NCBI RefSeq assembly: GCF_009834535.1
Contig: NC_045697.1
Coordinates: 66,776,001 to 66,840,000 of the forward strand
DNA from: Camelus ferus
Lineage: Eukaryota
Direction: 5' to 3'
DNA length: 64,000 nt
A program made the position numbers and the translations under genes. The notes under the pieces were generated by a model that was not told the origin of the DNA, searched no databases, and saw nothing but the letters and a program-made list of their open reading frames with translations. Positions 1-12,047 of the stretch are shown one piece after another (position 1 is the stretch's first letter; every line of letters starts with the position of its first letter).

Positions 1-309
1 TAATTTAAAGCTATTTTGTGTACTTCTGCTTTAATTGCATGATTACTTAATAAATGAAGTAAAAATAAATGGCTTAAATAAATATTTGCCTTTGTGGGTG
101 TAATACAAATTTATAAAACCTTGATTTAACCTATGGTATATTTTGTATTCTTGTTTTAGTGATCACATTTTTTTGTGACAGAAACAGTTTGGCAAATGTT
201 ACTTTAAGGAACATTATTGTTAATAATTTTTTTTTTTCTTTTGGTCAAGAGGCAGGAGCGTGATTAGTGAGATTTGTTGTGAAATTGCTGACCATTTTCT
301 GATGTCCTC

Positions 310-440
310 CTGTGTTCTGGGCACTGTATTCAGTAGTTTGTATTCGTTTACTTGTAGAACTCATACAGTAATTTTACCAGTTGGATAATGAGCAGACTGT
401 AGAACAGAGAGTTGAAATAATTTGCCCAGGGTTCTTTCAG
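310..440 (-). mobile_element. MIR SINE fragment
   Basis: Degenerate reverse-complement MIR core (atttta..gataatgagcagactgtagaacagagagttgaaataatttgcccaggg). Confidence 0.6.
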
Positions 441-1059
441 ATAGCAGTTAGGCGCTCTCTGCTTCACAGCACAGACTTCATAAATCTAGCATGAGTGGGT
501 CTGTATAAGAATTCTACAAATAGTGTATAGCAACGACATGTCCTGCTCGTGTTGGTAGTGCTGTCTCTCGTCCTTTCCTTTTCCCTTGCCCTTCTCGCAC
601 AGTGTGTTTTCAAATGGAGACCTTTCTTTTAATGTTCTCTCAGAGCTTTCTTCGAAGATTCATTTGGTGTGAATTTTAAGGTGAGTGGGCTGAATCATAT
701 GCAAATCTGGATTTTTTTTTTTTTTGCTCACTCAGATTTCTGATCTACATTATGAGTTTTTGTTTTTGTTTTTTTAAAGATCTTTGATCCTATTTGTCTG
801 GAATTTAATTATGCATTGTATGGAACATCTCCTTCATTGTTGACACCCAGCATATGTTAAATAATAAAGGCAAAATGGAGGGAATTAATAGGGCTACCTC
901 TTAAATTTCTTAGTAGTATAGATGAAAGACGTCTGTATTACCGAAACAGTCAACTAAGTGGAAGCCTCTCCTCACGCTTCCAATTTTCACTTCTTCCTCA
1001 CCTAGTTAGAAGTTTAGGTTCAGAGACTCATCCTATATTCTGAAATCCTAAACCTTTTT

Positions 1060-1560
1060 TTTAAAAAATCATTAAGCCAGTCCATGCTCCAAAGCCTTTT
1101 GGTTAGTTATATAATGTATAGCCTAAAGTCTGTAACCTGCTTTCAGAATCCTGCACAACCTGGTTCCACTCTGTCTAGCTTTTCTCTCCAGCCATTTACT
1201 AATAGGAGCTGTCTGCGCCAGTAAGATTTTCCTTCTCATTCTGTTGCACAAATGAAATATTTAATCCTGCCTCTAATCCTTGCTCATATAATTTTCTCCC
1301 TTTCCATCTCCTCTATCTCTGTATAAAGTTTGTATTTCAGCATCCAGCCCTGCTTTCAATTTCTGGCCCAGTCTAATCCATCCCTTACTGTGATTTTCCA
1401 TCTTTGTTCCATTTGAAGGCATTTCATCTTAAAGCAGCTTACCTTTTTACCTTAGTTCTCTATTTTATTTATATATATATATATATAAAACTTCTTCTGT
1501 GGTATTGTAAACTTCCTGAGTGCATTTACTTCAGCTAGCAAGCATGTAATATAGAATCAG
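1060..1560 (+). mobile_element. Highly degraded L2 LINE 3' fragment
   Basis: aaagtctgtaacctgctttcagaatcctgcacaacctgg and gtaaacttcctgag resemble L2 3' consensus blocks. An (AT)n run is embedded near 1470-1486. Confidence 0.45.
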
Positions 1561-2984
1561 AAATGGTTGCTGATATGGATTGTTTTGAACTGAATTAGGA
1601 TTCTAGGGAGAGAGCAACTCTTCTCTCTTCATGCTTTGCACCATTTACGGATGCCCATACTGGGGAAATGTGAGCAGTGGGAGCTGTCCCACATTTCAGC
1701 CGTTCACTCCTCATCCCAGAGCTCAAGGCTAGGTTCCAAATTAGCAGTGGAACCATGTTGTGATGTGGCTTTGAGCCGAATATAGAAGGTTTGAACAAGA
1801 GAGTCTACTGCTTAATTCTTGTCTGCTTTTCCCTCGTACTGCCCCTCTGTTCCTGATCACCCCGTATTCATTTAATATGCCTCAATCTCTCTTCTTAGCT
1901 AAAAGGGATGTGGATAAATGATACTGAAAGACTATCTCATTTACTACCCCCGAACAGATTTTCCTGACAAGTAAGTTGCACGGATTCTGTGAAATGCAAA
2001 ATATGTAGTCTCTTAAGCTTAAAATACGCCATAATTTTCTGTGTGATTAAAAATACTGCATTTCTATTAAATTCCATCTGATGAAACTGAGACTTGAGGA
2101 TGTGGGAGTGATAGTAGTAGTCATTAAATCCTAAAGAGCAACTGTTGATCTACTCGAAGCAAGAGAATAGGTTTGAATGGCACCTAGGAAGGTAGTTCTG
2201 GGAGGTGCTGGTGTGTTTAGAGAAGTCGGGGTGTCTTCCAAAAATGAGAAGATGGCAGAGATTTTTTTTTCCAAAAAAAAATATTCTTAAAACTTCAGGT
2301 AAACACATTCTGATGCTATCTTAGATATAAGCATGGAACTATGTCTCTGTTCTCATAATCATAACTTCTTTATCGTGCAAACCGACTAGGTTTCATTACT
2401 TCTGTTTGTCTCTGGTGATACTGTAGTTTCTACACATTTCTTTTATGATTGACAGTTCCCAGAATAAAAGAATACAAATAGTCCTTGAGAAAGTTCTTTT
2501 AGTGTTGAAAAAGGTCACTCACAATATCATGGAAAATTGAAATTTTACAAAATGTTCATAGTTTACATTGAGGCACAGTTACAGTTAATATCTCAAAAAA
2601 TTGAATAACTTACCTTGGTTTTAATTACATAATCGAATTTGTTAGGTCACAGTACTCTTTATTCTATATAAGAAACTTCAAACTATAGTCACTTCAAATT
2701 AGTGAGTAGCTTAACTGAAATATTTTAACTTGAAGTACTCATTAAAGATGCTTTTTACATGTGACCCTTTTTTTGTATCTGTGCACATGACTTAGAGGCA
2801 TTTGCCTCATTCTTTAAATTTTGATGTAGTGAGAAAATTGCTGTAACATGACACCGTGACGTGTTTCTGTCGTTTTATCAAAGAAAAATTTTATTTCTCT
2901 TTGTCTTTCTACAATTCCCAAACAGTTACAATCCCTAGCAGAGAAAAAAGCTTTGACGAAAGAAATGAGCAATTGCATGACAGC

Positions 2985-3366
2985 AAAGTGTAGGTGTGTG
3001 TTGCTTTGGAACCCCCCCGCAGCTGCCCGGGAGGTGTGGGGGCTTTGGCGTGGCCAGTCCAGAGCAAAGTCCCGCCTGTGCTGGCCCTTGTGTGGGCAGC
3101 TGGGTCAGGCTCCTTTCTTAAGAAAACAATCCGGCTTGGGGTCCTCACTGCCCTTTGTTGTCCTCCCCACGAGGTGATCAGTTGAAGTCTCTGTGGTGAC
3201 AGAACCAGTTTGTAACAGGCTTGTCTTTCACGGTCCTGTCTAGGGCTTGTTGGCAGGCTAGCCTGAAGCTCTGACGAGTGGCAGCAGAGGAGTCTCAGTG
3301 AAAGAAGGAAAGGCAAGAAACAGGAGGCTTAAACAGGCGGGTCACATTGACTGCTCTCCGGCTGCA
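2985..3366 (+). promoter_or_regulatory. Putative internal promoter / 5' UTR of the alternative BMPR1B exon
   Basis: Locally GC- and CpG-richer non-repeat patch in an AT-rich background, directly upstream of the alternative exon. Contains GGTGTGGGGG (KLF/SP-like) and CAGCTG E-boxes. Function is inferred only. Confidence 0.5.
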
Positions 3367-3439
3367 GTAGGTTGGCTGGAAGAAGTAAACTGGCAGCTTC
3401 ACATTTCCTTGCTCATTCTTCTGTCCATGCACACGCGGG
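3367..3439 (+). other. BMPR1B: Homologue of the BMPR1B alternative upstream coding exon (long isoform N-terminal extension); initiator position reads GTA rather than ATG
   Basis: Reads (V)GWLEEVNWQLHISLLILLSMHTR+G, then donor G|GTAAGA at 3439/3440. Joining to 54964 gives GCA AAC TTC CTT GAT AAC ATG = ANFLDNM, in frame. This matches the recalled human long-isoform start MGWLEELNWQLHIFLLILLSMHTRANFLDNM. The 5' boundary of the exon cannot be determined. Confidence 0.88.
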
Positions 3440-4965
3440 GTAAGAAGATAAGTGCCCCACAGTACAGTGCTGACAGGGGGCTCCGTTGCTGTCTGGTTTC
3501 GCGGTTTTTATCACAGAAGGGAAAGTTCAGGGCAGAAGTTCAGTGGCTAAACACTTCCAACTCCCATCCTCCAACTGCTCTGTAACTACTGCTTTCTCTG
3601 TTTCAGCAAAGCTTTCTAGATTGTGTACTAGAATTGTTTAAAATGGATGCAAAGTTTCTGTTTTCTCTAGCAATTAAGATTTAAATGCAGTCCAGTTTGG
3701 AACTTTGAGTATGAAGTTGATTGTCAGCATACTGTGATAGTTCACATGTGAAGAATTTAAGAAAATAACAATTCTAATAAACTTTGTTTTGATCATTTTA
3801 ATTTGAATTTGTTAGTTTCTTTATAGGTTAGCTAATTAACTTCGAAGTTCATTGCAATTTTTATATGGATGCGTTGAGTAAATCTCTAGTTTTATAATGG
3901 CAATAATTATAATTTGTGAATATGTGTCAGATGTTTATCCACATTTAAGAACAGGGGCTTGCTTAGTGATCATTTTATCCCGAAGAATTATTCTTGTATA
4001 AAGTTGACAAAAGGATAGCAATTTTTAAGAATTATTTTAAATAAGAATAATTATAAAAGTAGGTAAACTGTTTTCAAGTTAAGATAAAGATAACTTAATG
4101 AATATGAAACAGCTATCTGTGACAGTGATTTGCAACGAGTCACGAGATTGGAAATAAGAAAGTAACAGTTTCATAAAATTAAGCCAGGTGACAAAGAGAA
4201 TATGTATGAGATCGAAATGCATTTACAGTTCAACCTTATATACTTGTGAATGCATTTTTACAACCAGTTTGGCAATACTGTTTACTTGAGAAGCATGTAT
4301 TACCGATGGGCATGTGTTTCCGATTGGCACCTACAAGATTGTTTTCATAATCTCAAAGTTTTCTGTGACACTATTTAAATATTGTGTGGCTTGGCTCCAT
4401 GAAAAAATGCTTTTAATTTCTAGCATAGAAAAGTGTAACTCAAAGAAGTTTTGTGTATTGATAATGAAGGAACAATTAGTAGTTCATTTACCTGGTTTAC
4501 TAGTTTACTTTCCAAGAATTGTTATAATTTGGTACCTTCTAGAAGAGGTAAAAAGACCTCAAGGGAATTAAGAATGTTGCAGGGAACTCAAAGCATGATA
4601 TATATGAGGTGAAGTCCTTATTCCTCTATTCATGCTACTACTATTTCTTGATTGCCTGAGGGTAATTTTTCCTTCTCTTTTAGCATTTTCCTTGAAATAT
4701 ATGAATACTTTGTTTAATTATTGAGTTAAGTCAATCAAAAGTAAAGGGGCTGTATGCTGCAGACTGTATCTTTGAATCATAAATGATAGGATTAGAATAC
4801 CCCTTAAAATAGTATTATGTAGTTGTCTTGCTTTTCCAGTGGGAAGGTTGAAGCCCAGGGACATTTCCTTGCTTTCTTCTGGAAAACAGCCTTTTTAATT
4901 CCCTGTCCAGAGCCCTTTCATGTGAGTGCCTGTGTGGGTCTGTGTGTGTTTACTAACTTATTCTA

Positions 4966-5213
4966 TAACATAGTGGTTAAGAGTATGAACTCTGGACCCA
5001 AAATGCCTGGGTTTGAGTCTTAGCTCTGCTGCTTACTAGATGTGTAAACTCAGATGAGGTTTCTTATTGGTGCCTTGATTTTCTCAACTGTAAATTGGGT
5101 ATAATAGTAATACGTAACCATAGGATTGATTTGCTTACTAAATGAGTAAATACACATAAAGCACTTAGAATAGTGTCAGGTGCTTAGTATTGTCTGAGGA
5201 TTTGCTATTATTA
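4966..5213 (+). mobile_element. Near full-length MIR SINE
   Basis: 5' tagtggttaagagtatgaactctgga..cctgggtttgagtc, core ctcaactgtaaattgggtataatag, 3' aaagcacttagaatagtgtcagg..tgctattatt. Confidence 0.9.
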
Positions 5214-7379
5214 GTATCATTATTAATAATGTTAATTTATATTGGAGTAGGAGACAATCTGGAAGTGTAAACTGAGACATGATTTTAAAAGAACCCCACA
5301 GCTCATCTTAGTGTGATTGACATACTGAATCACAATTTATATTCCCTGCCTGTCACCATTGAAATTTTAACTTTTTTTTTGAGGAATTTCTCTACCTGTA
5401 ACCTTAAAAAAAAGTTTCATGGTTTTTATGATTTTGCCTGGATGCAAACAGAATGTACTGTAGACAGGGACTATGAGCTCAACCAGGACTAAGCAGCTTT
5501 GACTATTGAAGTTACATATTCATTGACAACTTGTAATGCTTTATGATCATTAATTTTGCATGTACTTCCGTGAGAATGATGATCACAGAGACAGGTAAAT
5601 ATGAAGCACAGACAAGTGAAGTGGTCAAGACTTCTGAAGTAAATGACAAAGCCAAGATTAATGTTCTGAGACCTTAAATACTTATTTAAAGTCCATATGT
5701 TTCAAAGTGACAACTTGCTACATTTGGAGAGTTTGAGCTTCAGGCTAATAAAAAAATATGTAGGTATTTAAATAGATGGAAACCTAAAAGTTCTATGGAA
5801 GGAATATGTGCAATACTCCAATTCTACCTTAAATGGTATGAAGCCCTGCAAAGTCCCGATGAATGGGAAGGGGAGCTCTTCCCACAGGGCACAGAGTGGC
5901 TGGGGCGACCTGGGTGGGGGTTGGTCCATCAGCCTGAGTCTTATCACTGCTTCCATCTTATCTGAAATGTCTTACTTGAGGAGGCACAGGCTTAGGAAAA
6001 AGGAAGCAAGGGTACATCTCGGTAAGTTTTGAACTTTGTGTTTTTTATCTTGGCACATTGTGATGGCTTCAGAAACGCATTTTTTAAAGTTAGGAATCAT
6101 GAAATGTGGAATTGCCTTCTAAAAGTGAGAATATGACCTGCAGTGGGGAAAATCTATAGTGTTCATTTCTGTTTGAAATGTATTATTTTAAAGATTGAGC
6201 TGTTTATACTGCCCTGCTCCTTTATTCTCAGAAGACAGCGGAGAATTACAGGCAGTCATAATGAGTATAGTGCGATGTGTAAACAGTATGAAGGCATCAT
6301 TTTGGTCACTACCCTTCCTCTTAAGTTCTCCCGAAGGAATTTAGTGAGGTTATAAAGGTGATAGATTGACAGACATAAAAACTAAAGGACTCTTTCTATT
6401 TGTTGTTATAACACAGTGGTGACAACAATATGCCCTTCCTGACATGGATGGGCCTCATGTTCTGCTCTTTAAAAAGGTGAAATGTTTTATTTAGTTTTCT
6501 GTTAAATGTATACACTGAAAATTTCTACGGTTCCACACCCCCCCCATAAAATCATGGTAATAGATTATTATAGCAATCAGATTAAAATAAAAATTAGTAG
6601 CCAACATTTTGTCTTTAGTTTAGGACTAATTCTCATCATAAAGAGTTACAGGGAAAAAAAGGTGAGATAGGAAGTTGGAAGCAGCTCTTCTGAAATACAG
6701 AAAAAAACCCCAAACCCAACGAACAAAAATGGGTCCCAGTCTCCATGGCCCTACAGTTTTATATAACCCAGATTTTATATCCTGCCTCTTCATTGTCAGG
6801 TCATATCCCATAGGTTTCCTGTTGTAATATTTGTGTTTGATCTGGTTGACACTAATACAAAATTTTTTAAAAATCTATGTTACTAAATATTTTAAGTAGA
6901 ATTAAGGCAGATAGGTAATGTACAGCCAGAGGATAAACATGGCTCTGAATGTGTAGTTTGAAAGTTAGAATGGTAGTATTGCTATAGGGCATTAATTTTT
7001 GGTAGTATTTTTAAGTGAAAAATGATCCTTGTTACCATATGGCAGAATATAGTGAAAATCTGAACTGTTAGACCAACACAGCTGTTAAATGTATAAATGT
7101 GGTTGTGTGTTTAAAATGTTTTCTATTACAGCTATTATGTGGCACTTCCAACAATTAATGTTGGGCTTTTAATTGGCAGAAACTGGATGTTGTGGTAAGC
7201 ATCACAGATGTAAGAAATTTGATCTCTCTGGTAATTTACCTGGGAGGAAAGTGGCTAAATTATAGTTCTCAACTTAAATTCTGCAGAATAGATTGGAAAA
7301 TAGACATTCACATAACCACTAACTGCAAACTCAAAATTATTTGGTTTTACCTTTCTTTATGAGATGTTATCTTCTTTAA

Positions 7380-7450
7380 ATATATAGTGGTGGCAATATA
7401 TATGTCATATATATACACACACATACATATAAATACACATATATATATAT
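7380..7450. repeat. Compound (AT)n/(AC)n low-complexity tract
   Basis: Direct inspection. Confidence 0.8.
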
Positions 7451-7875
7451 GTCTGTGCATGCATCATTTTAGTCTTTAAATTATGAATACTTGAAGGCTT
7501 CTGGAAGAATAATAGTATTAGAAAGATCAGAGGAATTCAAATTAGTTTTCTTTCTTTCTTTCTTTTTTTTGTTTTTTGGTCTTTGTGAGCCAGTTGAATC
7601 TGAAGTAACATTTTACAAATCTGTATTGACTTAGAACTGCCAGGAACAAATTAATGAATATGGTTTTCCCCTAACTTTTCAAGTGCATATCTATTTTTAG
7701 AGTTCATACAGGACATTGGACAAATCTAAGTGAGACAAAGTGCTGACAGTTAAAATCAGCTAAATCATCTATCAGGCTTTTTTATGCTACATTTTAAGTC
7801 CTGATGGACTCTTTTGGTCTTGATTATTATACTTTACTCCATCTGTAAAATAGTTACTCTATCCTTCTTAATGGA

Positions 7876-7877
<2 letters not shown>

Positions 7878-7912
<35 letters not shown>
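7878..7912. repeat. (TG)17 microsatellite
   Basis: Perfect dinucleotide run. Confidence 0.98.
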
Positions 7913-7913
<1 letters not shown>

Positions 7914-8319
7914 CATATTAAAGTGTCTAAGGATAATCTTGTGACTGTGGGCTCAGAGTAACCTAATTCTTATTTCTAGGCCCCGCCACTTTTCTTTTAA
8001 CACTGGAGAAGCCGTGGCTTTTGGGTTAACTGGTTTCTTAGTTTGATAGCATCTCTGTCACAGTCCTTCCATAATTAGTGAACTATTCGTATAAAATCAC
8101 ATTATTAGTATTGATATTTTGGACAAAAGAACGGAAACTTAAGTAGATAAAAGTCGTTGAACGGAGACGTAGAGAGAAGCTGAAGGAAACAGGCCTCTTG
8201 GGACCCAGAGGCCAGGGGACCTGAGCTCCCACTCATCTGTGTCTGTAAGGGTCCTACTCTCCTTCTTCTTTCTCCTCCTCCTTTCCTCCATGTGTCTTCC
8301 CTTCTTTCTGTTTACCAGT

Positions 8320-8780
8320 CTTTAGTGGACACTCCTTGCATTAGGGTAAAACCCACACCTTCCTACGGCCTGCACAGCTGGGTGTCAGCGAGCCCCCTCC
8401 TCCCTTTGCAGCTCACCTCACCACTCAACAGCCACAAAGGCCTTTCCTTCCAAAATGATCCAAACCGTCTCTCTCCTCAGGTGTCTCACATATGCTGTTT
8501 CCACAGCCTAGAAAGTTCTTTGCTTTTCTATTCTGATTATCCATTTGCTTAAATGTCCCTAAGTTAAGTTTTCCTTAACAATTCAAATTAAATGAGGTGC
8601 CCTTGATGCAACCCCTCACTGTAAGTTTTATTCTCTTTTATTGTACATATCATAATGTACCATAGTACATCTCACTCTCCTGCTGGAAGCTCAGCTTCTT
8701 AAAGGAAAAAAAACACATCTACTTTGTTTACTGCTGAATCCCCAGTGCATGCTACAGTGCTGGGCATATAAAGGAGTCTG
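8320..8780 (+). mobile_element. L2 LINE 3' fragment
   Basis: cacatatgctgtttccacagcctagaaagttctt and terminal tttgtttactgctgaatccccagtgc..acagtgctgggcatata are typical of the L2 3' end. Confidence 0.75.
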
Positions 8781-9285
8781 CCTCCCTAGACATACTCATT
8801 ATTTTGCATATGATCCAAAATAGTGTCTGCATTTCCTGATATTCCAAGACCTTTTCGGCTTACCTCTCCAGACTTAACTGATAAAAGTTTCACTGTTTCT
8901 TATTTTTAATTTTTTGGAGAGAGAATTTGATTGGCTGCTGACCCTAAAAATAATCAAATGTACCTCAGGTGGGGTGTGTAGTCACCCAATATCAAGATGG
9001 CCACAAGGCAATAATAGACATTGTGGGCAGGGGAGGTTTTTCCTGTAAGAAGTTTGGGATTAGATTGATAGTCAAAAGCAACCCATGTAGCTGCTACTGT
9101 CATTTATAATAGCAATATGAATACTTCCACTACCTCTTTGCTTATAATGAATTCCTATTGGCTAATAAGGAAATTATTAGCTATATATTTCAAAAGTCAT
9201 AAAAAAAAAAACACTAATACTTCTTTTTTACTTGAACTTTGATGTCCAGGAAATGTTACTATCAAAAGTTATGATAATGTATTTC

Positions 9286-9746
9286 TTTTTTAAAAAAAAT
9301 TTTTAATTGAAGTATAGTTGGTTTGCAATGTTGTGTTAATTCCTGGTGTACAGCATAGTGTTTCAGTTATACATATATATCTTTTCATATTCTTTTTCAT
9401 TATAAGTTATTAAAAATATTGAATATAGTTCCCTGTACTATACAGTAGGACCTTATTGTTTATCTATTTTATATACACTAGTTAGTATCTGCAAATCTGT
9501 AACTCCCAATTTATCCCTCCAGCCCTTCTTTACCCCTGGTAACCATAGGTTTGATTTTTATGTCTGTGAGTCTGTTTCTGTTTTATAAATAAGTTAATTT
9601 GTGTCTTTTTTTTTTTTTTTTTTTTTTAGATTCCATATATAAGTGATATCATATGGTATTTTTCTGTTACTTTCTGGCTTACTTCATTTAGTAAGACAGT
9701 CTCCAGGTCCATCCACATTGCTCAAATGGCATTATTTTATTCTTTG
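9286..9746 (-). mobile_element. 5'-truncated lineage-specific L1 (3' UTR plus end of ORF2), artiodactyl/camelid type
   Basis: attgaagtatagttggtttgcaatgttgtg...ccaggtccatccacattgctcaaatggcattattttattc is highly similar to the copy at 50638-51380. Possible decayed TSD aatgtatttc / aatatatttc. Confidence 0.92.
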
Positions 9747-11874
9747 GCAATATATTTCCGGAGTTTCTACAGAATTATTTTAATAGTAAATGAAGGTATA
9801 TGATTTTTTTTCTTTAAAAAAAGATGCTGTAGAAATTCACAATATCAGAGTAGTGGCAAAAATAATATATGAAACAAGGAGTGTAACCACTTGGCAGACT
9901 TTAATTCTATCAGATTATTACATATAACTTTCACTCCTTTATTAAAACGGTAGTTGTAAACCTTTGTCTCACGCAAAACATCTCATAAATTTTGTGTTGT
10001 GATCCCTAAACAGGACACAAGTTTGTTGCTAGTAGCATATGTCTTTTGTTTGATCAGATTCTGGGAACTTAAATGTCTGAAACTATGCTTTTGATCCCTT
10101 TTGGAATCCAGAGGAGAATGAATGTACATGTCTAATTCATTTTTTAAAAACCTCATGAGCACATGCAGAAAACTGACTTTGTTGCATAGGTTTTTACGGC
10201 CTGACAGTATCTTGTGGTCATAACGTGGGGACATAATGCGCCATTTTCATCGTGGTATCTTCACAGTTTTAATGGGAGTTTTACATGTAAGGAAACAGGG
10301 ACTTAACATCAATTTTGCATCAGCTGTGGAACTTCTGTGATACAGGACCTGCATTGATAAGTTATCAGCTAAGTGTGAGGCAATTTAATATAACAAGGCA
10401 TCTTAACATTTTTTTCTGGTTATTTCTGTTTTCCTTTCACTGTAAACTATCCCAAGGCCGATAACATACGGCTTCAGAAAATTTGAGGTCAGGTTTGTTT
10501 TGCAAACTTTGCATGAAATTATCTTTCTGTTATTATGTTTGTAGAAATATTCATGATCAAACTATGTCTCTGCTAAAGTGTTTAGCTTTATTTTGGTTCC
10601 TCTCTAAAAGAAAACTAAGAAAATATTTATCAAATCTGATAAAATAATAACCTGTCAATTGTAATTGTGTATACTTGTAATGATTATGCACTTATTTATG
10701 AGGCCAAATCTCAACCGAATATTTGTCTTGGTTAGAGTTAATATACTCAATTGCTTGCTGTTTTCAAATTCCTTTACAAAGTCTTTTTATGTTCTATTTT
10801 GAAAAAATAAGAAGGTTAATGTTGTAAGAGTAATACGCTGTATTTACCCATGAACTATTAGCTCATTTAAGCAAAGAAATGTGCAGCAGCTCATGGAGGA
10901 ATATTTGAGTGGCTCTCTGAGTTCACCTTAGGCTCTGAAATCAGCTGAAGTTACTGAGAACTGTGCAATGACCTGGAAAACAACAGAAGAGTTCCATTGT
11001 GACATGGTAACAGAAGAAGGGTAGATGCCACTTAATTGAGGTTACTAAACAAATTGCCTTTTTACTTCTATACTTTCATATGCATATTACACATATCCAC
11101 ACACATATGTTTCTTATATGTATGTTTTCATAAGGTTATTACAGTTATTGAAATCAGAGAATATCACTAAATATTTCCTGCTTAATTTCCTATGCCCTGA
11201 GTGAAAACGTGTTCAAATTGGGGAATGGGTTTAAAGGAAAAGGACCCTCACACTAAATCACATGATTTCACAGACATAAGACATTCTTTCAATGGGCATT
11301 TCTGGAGATTGTTTTTGGGCTGGATTTTACATATATACACTAAAGAGTTTATTCATAGCATGCATTTTAGTAGTTCTTATGAATATTATTAATCTACCTT
11401 ACTTAACCTCTTATAGTAAAATATATAATTTTCTGTCATTTTTTGTTAAACAGACTTAATGACAAACATCTTGCAAATTAGATTTTCATATATTTCATCT
11501 CTTTCTTATGCTCAATTTAATCTATCAAAGCCACACATTGTAGAAGACATCTGGTATTGAGCTTAAGCAGCTGGGTTTCATTTGTAAAGGTTTTGAGCAA
11601 ATTTCGGTGCTTGCCAACAATAATATAGCAGTTGGCCAGTGTGTTTTCTTTGTGGCAGCTTGGTGCAGTGTGGCAGAAGAGACCTGAATTCAGGATCAGG
11701 TGATTTTCCGCTTCTTTGTAGCTTGACTAGAGGGACTGGAGGGTCTGCTGCAGATGTTGCTGTGAGCCCTGGCTAAGTGAGGGCTTGTTGCGATGGCTGT
11801 TGAGTAGGAATGTAGGAATCATTCGACAAGGAAGGTGCAATCAGCATTGATCCATCTGAGAAGTGAGAAATCTG

Positions 11875-12047
11875 CAGTTTTCCTCACAACATAGTTCAGT
11901 GTATTTCCTGCATCAGAATCACTGTAGGTCATTTTAAAGATGCAGTTTTCCATACCCCATCCTAAATCTGCTAAACCAAATATTTGGGAGCTGAGCTCAG
12001 AAGGCTGCAGTTGATTAAGCTACCCCAAGGGATTTAGCACACACTGG
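11875..12047. mobile_element. MER5-type non-autonomous hAT-Charlie DNA transposon
   Basis: cctgcatcagaatcac...aaagatgcag...ccccatcctaaatctgctaaacc...taagctaccccaagggattt. Confidence 0.75.

Noticed and set aside
3298..3585. 95-aa ORF as a standalone gene
   Set aside because: It has a GTG start, and only 3367-3439 resembles BMPR1B. The rest is read-through past the splice donor.
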